64,000 nt of DNA from Clostridia bacterium (lineage in GTDB: Bacteria; Bacillota; Clostridia; UMGS1840): contig JAFUIN010000009.1 of NCBI GenBank assembly GCA_017468465.1, positions 7,113 to 71,112 on the forward strand, in the 5' to 3' direction. This document shows, piece after piece, positions 58,879-64,000 of the stretch (the stretch's first letter is position 1; each line of letters begins with the position of its first letter). The translations under genes were made by a program, and so were the position numbers. Below the pieces are notes generated by a model. It did no database searches. It was not told the origin of the DNA and saw nothing but the letters and a program-made list of their open reading frames with translations.

Positions 58879-59664
58879 ATGATGGAAACGGTTATCGTAT
58901 ATATAGATGTATATTTTTGTTATAACTTTATTATCAATTTGATTTTACTGATGCTTACGGCTTTTTCCTCCGACCGAAGACTCTGCTTTTGGAAGGGTGC
59001 TTTATCCGGCGGGTTGGGGAGTTTATTTTCTTGCGGAATGCTCTTGTTTGATGTAAATTCTTTTGTTTTGGCAGTTCTTTTGATTGGGGTTTCTGCACTG
59101 ATGATTCGGCTCGCTTTTTCGGTGCGGCGTTTCCGGGAATTCATGAAGCTTCTGATTCTTTATTATTTATTAAACTTTATGTTAGCCGGTGGAATCCGGT
59201 TTTCGGGCAATATGGGGGGACAAAATATGTTGGGAATGCTTGCTGTCATTGCGGGGATTTTCTTACTGGTTGCATTTGGCTGGATTTATTCCTTTTTTCT
59301 AAAGAAAAAAGCTGTTTTCGGGGTGCAGGAGATAGTGGTAATTTATGATGGAAAACCGTTGATATTACGTGCATTTGCGGATACGGGAAACCAGCTTACC
59401 GACCCCATCAGTCATGCGAAAGTGATTGTTATAAAAGAGGATATCCTATTGCAGTTTCTTGGCGTTTCCTCTCGGGAACAGGTGCCGGGTTTTCGCTTGA
59501 TTCCCTGCAAGAGTGTAAACCTTGGAGAAGGCTATTTGTGGGGATTCAAGCCGCAAGCGGTTTTTTGCGACGGAAAGCCGCTTTATGCGATTCTTGCAGC
59601 GTCGCAATCACTGACGGGACAGGAATATGATGCAATTTATAATCCTGCGATATTGTTATCGTAA
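58879..59664 (+). CDS. spoIIGA: Sigma-E processing peptidase SpoIIGA
   Basis: Five N-terminal TM helices (VYIDVYFCYNFIINLILL) and the aspartic protease motif FADTGNQLTDP. It lies upstream of sigE. Confidence 0.88.
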   Translation: MMETVIVYIDVYFCYNFIINLILLMLTAFSSDRRLCFWKGALSGGLGSLFSCGMLLFDVNSFVLAVLLIGVSALMIRLAFSVRRFREFMKLLILYYLLNFMLAGGIRFSGNMGGQNMLGMLAVIAGIFLLVAFGWIYSFFLKKKAVFGVQEIVVIYDGKPLILRAFADTGNQLTDPISHAKVIVIKEDILLQFLGVSSREQVPGFRLIPCKSVNLGEGYLWGFKPQAVFCDGKPLYAILAASQSLTGQEYDAIYNPAILLS

Positions 59665-59682
59665 GAAAAAGGAGAAGGTTTT

Positions 59683-60384
59683 ATGAAACGAAAAATTTAT
59701 TTATATTTTTTGAAATTGTGGCAAAAACTATTTCCAAAGGAATGTTATTATATTGGAAGCTCCGATGCACTTCCTGCGCCGTTGGACCCGGAGCACGAAG
59801 AGGCACTGCTTCAGAATTTATCAGACGAAAATGCAAAAAAAACATTGATTGAACATAATTTGCGGTTAGTGGTTTATATTTCCAAAAAGTTTGAGAATAC
59901 AGGAATTTCTTTGGAAGATTTAACCTCAATTGGAACCATTGGTTTAATTAAGGCAGTCAATTCCTTTAACCAGGAAAAATCCATTAAGCTGGCGACCTAT
60001 GCCTCTCGGTGCATTGAAAATGAAATTTTAATGCACCTCAGAAAGGTGGGAAATCAACGGAGTGAGGTGTCGCTGGATGAACCTCTTTCTATGGATGGCG
60101 ACGGGAATGAATTGCTCCTTTCGGATATTTTGGGAACCGATGGCGATATCATTCATAAAACAATCGAAAAAAAGATTGAGAAAGAAATGCTGTTGGAAGC
60201 TGTATCCGGGCTGAAAAAACGAGAACAGCTGATTATCGGTCTTCGGTTCGGCATTTTTGGCGGAGAAGAAAAAACACAAAAAGAAGTGGCAGATATGTTG
60301 GGAATTTCTCAATCTTATATTTCCCGACTGGAAAAGAAAATTATTCAGAAATTAAAACGGCAAATCCAAAAATCAATGCAGTAA
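59683..60384 (+). CDS. sigE: Sporulation sigma factor SigE (pro-sigma-E)
   Basis: Pro-sequence [17 protein letters not shown], then [13 protein letters not shown] and sigma-70 regions 2 to 4 ([13 protein letters not shown]..., [17 protein letters not shown]). Confidence 0.95.
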   Translation: MKRKIYLYFLKLWQKLFPKECYYIGSSDALPAPLDPEHEEALLQNLSDENAKKTLIEHNLRLVVYISKKFENTGISLEDLTSIGTIGLIKAVNSFNQEKSIKLATYASRCIENEILMHLRKVGNQRSEVSLDEPLSMDGDGNELLLSDILGTDGDIIHKTIEKKIEKEMLLEAVSGLKKREQLIIGLRFGIFGGEEKTQKEVADMLGISQSYISRLEKKIIQKLKRQIQKSMQ

Positions 60385-60500
60385 TTTTTTTATGAAATGT
60401 CAATTTTTAAGTTTCATAGAAACATCGGAAACGAGAACAATATGAATAAGAAGTTTTTTATGAAAAATTTCTTATCACTAAAAAAACGGAGGAACCATTT

Positions 60501-60674
60501 ATGAATCAGAGTCCTTACCTGAAAGGTGTTCTGACCGGTATGGCAATGGGTGCCCTTGTGGGAATGATTTTTGACCCCATCCGCTCCGACCGTGACAATG
60601 CACACCTGAAAAAGAAAGCCTGCCGTATGATGAAAGCAGCAGGGCAGATTATGGACAGCTTTACCGGATTTTAA
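60501..60674 (+). CDS. Small membrane protein (57 aa, YtxH-like N-terminus), absent from the ORF track
   Basis: ATG lies 7 nt after AACGGAGG. My manual translation is MNQSPYLKGVLTGMAMGALVGMIFDPIRSDRDNAHLKKKACRMMKAAGQIMDSFTGF. The Gly-rich TM helix resembles YtxH-type proteins. Confidence 0.45.
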   Translation: MNQSPYLKGVLTGMAMGALVGMIFDPIRSDRDNAHLKKKACRMMKAAGQIMDSFTGF

Positions 60675-60792
60675 GAAAAAGCTGTTTTGAACCATTTGTA
60701 TTTTCATCCTTTTTTTAGGGCGTCATCTCAGGCTTATGCCGAAGATATAGTTGCTACTAACAGAATTTTTTGAATTTTTTTCCGGAAACCTC

Positions 60793-60821
60793 TTGACATT
60801 CCATTTGAAATATGTTATTAT
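60793..60821 (+). promoter_or_regulatory. Sigma-A promoter of the tRNA-Leu / tRNA-fMet pair
   Basis: TTGACA (60793-60798), 17-nt spacer, TATTAT (60816-60821). Confidence 0.7.
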
Positions 60822-60848
60822 ATTTTAGCGCTTGAGCAAGAGAGATAC

Positions 60849-60937
60849 GCCGGAGTGGCGGAACTGGCAGACGCCCAGGACTTAAAATCCTGTGGGAGGT
60901 GACTCCCGTACCGGTTCGATTCCGGTTTCCGGCACCA
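60849..60937 (+). tRNA. tRNA-Leu (anticodon TAA)
   Basis: 89 nt. Acceptor GCCGGAG/TTCCGGC, anticodon loop CTTAAAA, a long variable arm, T-loop TTCGATT and encoded CCA. Confidence 0.95.
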
Positions 60938-60963
60938 TGTTTTTCTTGCTCAGGCGCTTATAT

Positions 60964-61040
60964 CGCGGGATGGAGCAGTTTGGTAGCTCGTCGGGCTCAT
61001 AACCCGAAGGCCGGTGGTTCAAATCCGCCTCCCGCAACCA
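60964..61040 (+). tRNA. Initiator tRNA-fMet (anticodon CAT)
   Basis: 77 nt with anticodon loop CTCATAA. Three consecutive G-C pairs (GGG/CCC) in the anticodon stem and a C1-A72 mismatch are initiator hallmarks. CCA is encoded. Confidence 0.9.
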
Positions 61041-61045
61041 AAAAT

Positions 61046-61076
61046 CGGCATTCTTCGAAAGAGGAATGTCGATTTT
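61046..61076 (+). terminator. Terminator after the tRNA pair
   Basis: Stem cggcattc / gaatgtcg (one G-U pair) is followed by atttta. Confidence 0.5.
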
Positions 61077-61252
61077 ACTTATTACCTATTCCTTCTTCAC
61101 TCTTCCCTGAAAAGACTTGTCGATTTTTGGAAAGTAATAGGTAATAGTGAATAGGGAAGAAGTTAAGGTTGCTTTGCTTTCGCAAAGCTTATTTTTATGT
61201 ATAAAATTCCAATAGTTGTACTATACTATTATTTGAACAAAGGAGTGATAGT

Positions 61253-61687
61253 ATGGTGGAACAAGATACCATAAAACTGCTTCGGGAATGTGATGCCGGA
61301 GTAAAAATGGGAGTTTCTTCTCTTTCTGATGTGATTCCCATTACCGAAAACGAAGAATTAAAACAGCTGTTAAGTGACTGTAAGGACAATCACGAAAAAT
61401 TAGAGTGTGACCTGGAAAAGCTTCTGGACAAATATCAGGACAATGGAAAAGAGCCGGCTGCTTTGGCAAAGGGGATGTCCTGGATGAAAACCAACGTGAA
61501 GCTTTTGATGAACGCTTCTGACCATACGGTTGCCGACTTGATGACCGACGGCTGCAATATGGGTGTAAAATCCTTGCATATGTATCTCAATCAATATCCC
61601 GCTGCCGATGAGGCTTCCAAAAGCATTACCAAGCGCCTAATCAATTTAGAGGAAGGTCTTGCAATGGATATCCGGAAATTTTTGTAA
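61253..61687 (+). CDS. Hypothetical all-helical protein (four-helix-bundle/ferritin-like appearance)
   Basis: 144 aa. RBS AAAGGAG precedes the ATG. I could not recognise a confident family. Confidence 0.55.
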   Translation: MVEQDTIKLLRECDAGVKMGVSSLSDVIPITENEELKQLLSDCKDNHEKLECDLEKLLDKYQDNGKEPAALAKGMSWMKTNVKLLMNASDHTVADLMTDGCNMGVKSLHMYLNQYPAADEASKSITKRLINLEEGLAMDIRKFL

Positions 61688-61714
61688 ATATTTTTAGTTT
61701 TTTTGTCGAAGATG

Positions 61715-61743
61715 TTGACAATTCAACTTCTTTGTGATAAAAT
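61715..61743 (+). promoter_or_regulatory. Sigma-A promoter of marR-degV
   Basis: TTGACA (61715-61720), 17-nt spacer, TAAAAT (61738-61743). Confidence 0.6.
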
Positions 61744-61773
61744 AGACTTGTTGATTTTTCAACAAGTCTATTT
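61741..61773. promoter_or_regulatory. Perfect 14-bp inverted repeat, probable MarR operator
   Basis: aatagacttgttga-ttttt-tcaacaagtctatt abuts the -10 box and covers the expected transcription start. Confidence 0.5.
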
Positions 61774-61792
61774 TTGTAAGGGGATGCCGAAT

Positions 61793-62245
61793 ATGGTGAA
61801 ACGTTTTGAGGCTTTCACATTAGGACTTTCCAAATTGAATTCCGGATGGAGTAGGCTGGCGACGGAAGAACTGAAGCCCTATGGCTTAAAAGGAACCGAT
61901 GCAGTGTATCTGGTGGCGTTATATCAGAATAAAGAGGGGCTTTCCTCCGTGAATTTGTGTGAAATTTGCAACAAAGATAAGGCAGAAGTATCCCGTGCGG
62001 TATCAGCATTGGAAAAAAAGGGAATTGTAATCAGAGAAAATATTACAAAAAACGGATACCGTGCAAAAATCAAGCTGACTGAAAAGGGAACAGAGGTGAC
62101 CGCTGCCATCAGGGAACGGATTCAGCTGGCTGTGGAGCAGGGCGGAAGCGGGTTAACCGACCAGCAAAGAGAGAATTTTTATTATGCGCTGGAAGTAATT
62201 GCAGATAATTTATATGAAATCAATAAAACAGGGCTATCCAAATAG
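61793..62245 (+). CDS. MarR family transcriptional regulator
   Basis: Winged-helix pattern (LSSVNLCEICNKDKAEVSRAVSALEKKGIVIRE); about 150 aa. The start is chosen at the ATG downstream of AAGGGGA. Confidence 0.8.
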   Translation: MVKRFEAFTLGLSKLNSGWSRLATEELKPYGLKGTDAVYLVALYQNKEGLSSVNLCEICNKDKAEVSRAVSALEKKGIVIRENITKNGYRAKIKLTEKGTEVTAAIRERIQLAVEQGGSGLTDQQRENFYYALEVIADNLYEINKTGLSK

Positions 62246-62264
62246 CAAAGTACAGGAGAAATTT

Positions 62265-63104
62265 ATGAATACAAGAATTATCATTGACTCTACTGCAAAT
62301 TTATTGCCGCAGCATCGGGCACAAACAATAGTTGTTCCCTTAAATGTTCGGTTTGGAGAAACAGAGTATATTGACGGAATTACTATTACCAATGAAGAAT
62401 TTTATGAAAAACTCGAGAAAGCTGAGAAGCTACCTACTACCAGCCAGCCTTCTCCGGAAGTTTTTCGGAAGGTGTTTCAGGAAGTCACTGATGCCGGTGA
62501 CGAAGCGGTGTTAATTACCGTTGCGTCGAAGCTTTCCGGTACTTGCCAGAGTGCCAATATTGCTGCACAGGAGTTTGACAATATCTATGTGGTGGATTCC
62601 GGCAATGTGGCGGTTGGCTCAGGGATTATGACAGAATATGCACTCCGGCTGGTTGAAGAAGGGAAATCAGCCAAAGAGATTAAAGAAATTTTAGATAATG
62701 AAAAAGAAAATGTTCATTTGGTTGCCATGGTAGATACTTTGAAATATTTGAAAATGGGCGGCAGAATTTCCGGAGTAGTTGCATTTGCCGGAGAACTTTT
62801 GAACATTAAACCCATTGTGGAAGTATACGACGGAGTCATTCAGCAGATTTCCAAAGCACGTGGCACCAAAATGGGAAATCAGGTGTTGATTCAGGAAATC
62901 AACAAAGTGGGTGAAGTAGATTATACGAAGCCGGTGCTGTTTGGTCACAGCGGCCAGAGCGATGCCAGAGTAAAGCAGTTCTTAGAAAGCAGTCAGGATT
63001 TCTGGAAAGCCGGAAATGTTCCGGGTCATTCGGTATTGATGGGCAGTGTAATTGGTGCCCAGGCAGGACCGGGGATTGTGGCGATTGCATTTTTTAAGAA
63101 ATAA
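62265..63104 (+). CDS. DegV family fatty-acid-binding protein
   Basis: Start MNTRIIIDSTANL follows AGGAGA. The DegV motifs TSQPSP and SSKLSGT are present. Confidence 0.9.
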   Translation: MNTRIIIDSTANLLPQHRAQTIVVPLNVRFGETEYIDGITITNEEFYEKLEKAEKLPTTSQPSPEVFRKVFQEVTDAGDEAVLITVASKLSGTCQSANIAAQEFDNIYVVDSGNVAVGSGIMTEYALRLVEEGKSAKEIKEILDNEKENVHLVAMVDTLKYLKMGGRISGVVAFAGELLNIKPIVEVYDGVIQQISKARGTKMGNQVLIQEINKVGEVDYTKPVLFGHSGQSDARVKQFLESSQDFWKAGNVPGHSVLMGSVIGAQAGPGIVAIAFFKK

Positions 63105-63145
63105 TTTAACCATCAACGTGTAAGTTTTGACACTTCTTTTTTTGA

Positions 63146-63190
63146 ACACAAAAGCACTTGTCTTTTTCTGACAAGTGCTTTTGTGTTTTA
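63146..63190. terminator. Bidirectional terminator
   Basis: Perfect 17-bp stem acacaaaagcacttgtc / gacaagtgcttttgtgt lies between convergent genes. Confidence 0.85.
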
Positions 63191-63195
63191 TTATT

Positions 63196-64000
63196 TTAAT
63201 AATTTTCGTCCATGGTGAGATACATATGCTGCACCTCGGTGAGCTCGCTTCGTTTGTTTTTTTGGAGCCAATCTTCGGAGTAGGCTTCCAGCCACTTTTT
63301 GGTGTCGGTGGTGCGTTCTACGGGATGACCTGCAACTCTTCCCATAATTTCTGCAAGGATGATGATGCCCTCTGCTGCCAGGAGCATTTGCTTGCGAAAT
63401 TCATCTTGTTTCCAAACCTGCCCGGACAATTCATTCATAACCTGACGGCAGGTTTTCTGAATGTGTTTAACCGTTTCAAAAGTGGGAACAAATAAGGGAC
63501 GTTTCTTTTTGAATAAAGTGTTGGAGTAGGCATTTCCGAAGAACAGGAACCGCACTTCTTTCTGGCAGTCGCTTAAGGTTCTTAAATAGTGGTAGCCTTT
63601 TTCATTTTCATAAAGCAGATGATTGATGTCCTCTTTGAAGCAGTCGGTGGGAGCTGTATTTTTTGACCAGCCCTTTGCACCGCCCAGCACCATTCCATAG
63701 AGAGCCAAATCAATGGAGCAGGGGTTGGTGTAGTCGCCCCAGTTGGTATTTAAGATGCCTTTTGCACCGTGACGGTACCCTGCATCTGCCATATTCATAA
63801 TATTTTGTTCTTCTTTTTCTACCCATTCCACAAAGCCTTCCCATGACCAGGTCGCCGGGCAGACAATTTGGGGCTTTTGCATTTTTTCAAACAGCTCAAT
63901 ATCGTTTTCGTGGATTTCCGGATCATACCACCAGTTTAAGTACTCGATGCCGTCGGGCAGTTCGGAAATCACATCGGGATGATGAAGCAGAATGTCTGCC
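63196..64000 (-). CDS. Glycoside hydrolase, family 20-like, C-terminal part (5' end beyond the window)
   Basis: The ORF is open to the window end. The segment GAKGILNTNWGDYTNPCS resembles the GH20 region just after the catalytic barrel. The family call is tentative. Confidence 0.5.
   Translation of the reverse strand, partial: ADILLHHPDVISELPDGIEYLNWWYDPEIHENDIELFEKMQKPQIVCPATWSWEGFVEWVEKEEQNIMNMADAGYRHGAKGILNTNWGDYTNPCSIDLALYGMVLGGAKGWSKNTAPTDCFKEDINHLLYENEKGYHYLRTLSDCQKEVRFLFFGNAYSNTLFKKKRPLFVPTFETVKHIQKTCRQVMNELSGQVWKQDEFRKQMLLAAEGIIILAEIMGRVAGHPVERTTDTKKWLEAYSEDWLQKNKRSELTEVQHMYLTMDENY

Noticed and set aside
57710-61040. Integrated mobile element marked by the tyrosine recombinase near the tRNA-Leu/tRNA-fMet genes
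   Set aside because: The recombinase is flanked by yjbQ and the core sporulation operon spoIIGA-sigE. There is no duplicated tRNA 3' segment (att-like direct repeat) and no phage or conjugation genes. It is most simply a chromosomal Xer-type recombinase.
60899-61144. 81-aa plus-strand ORF
   Set aside because: It overlaps the 3' end of tRNA-Leu and all of tRNA-fMet. The tRNA cloverleaves explain the sequence.

Overview
This 64-kb window looks like core chromosome from an endospore-forming, low-to-mid-GC Clostridia-type Firmicute. That inference rests on gene content: spoIIE, yunB, ytfI/ytfJ, a dacB-type carboxypeptidase, spoIIGA-sigE, an alpha/beta SASP and CIRCE-groESL. All calls come from reading the sequence and the supplied ORF translations; no database search was run.

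Contents:
- About 57 protein genes, mostly housekeeping: uppP (5' partial), polA, trmB, scpA/scpB, rluB, a phosphosugar mutase, htrA, groES/groEL, recD2, mutS2, gyrB/gyrA, prmA, trmR plus a U32 peptidase, hpf, aroQ, and an M24 aminopeptidase.
- Transport and regulatory genes: a GldA/F/G-like ABC exporter, an OPT transporter, a MATE pump and a marR-degV pair.
- Three tRNAs: Arg-ACG on the minus strand, then Leu-TAA and initiator Met-CAT on the plus strand. All three sit behind near-consensus sigma-A promoters.
- A tandem glycine riboswitch in front of an alanine/glycine:cation symporter, a perfect CIRCE operator, and many intrinsic terminators.
- No rRNA, CRISPR array, transposase or prophage block.

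I did not find a convincing multi-gene novel system such as a defense island. The unusual material is small-scale and intergenic:
1. A 163-bp nested foldback followed by a UUCG-capped terminator sits ahead of a 69-aa, 12-cysteine microprotein gene. The 3' end of that gene is built from a local 143-bp repeat family.
2. A second promoter, rod-like leader and terminator unit precedes a 67-aa acidic microprotein.
3. A 4+4 inverted array of the heptamer ATGATAT lies between a four-helix-bundle (Avd/23S-IVS-like) gene and tRNA-Arg.
4. An OPT transporter is co-transcribed with a stand-alone PqqD/RRE-like protein.
5. A 1022-aa protein fuses two GT-C glycosyltransferase modules around a beta-sandwich domain.
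6. YycH/YycI-like genes occur with no adjacent WalRK.

Several intergenic regions carry short GC-rich hairpin repeats. These produce spurious ORFs in the six-frame track.
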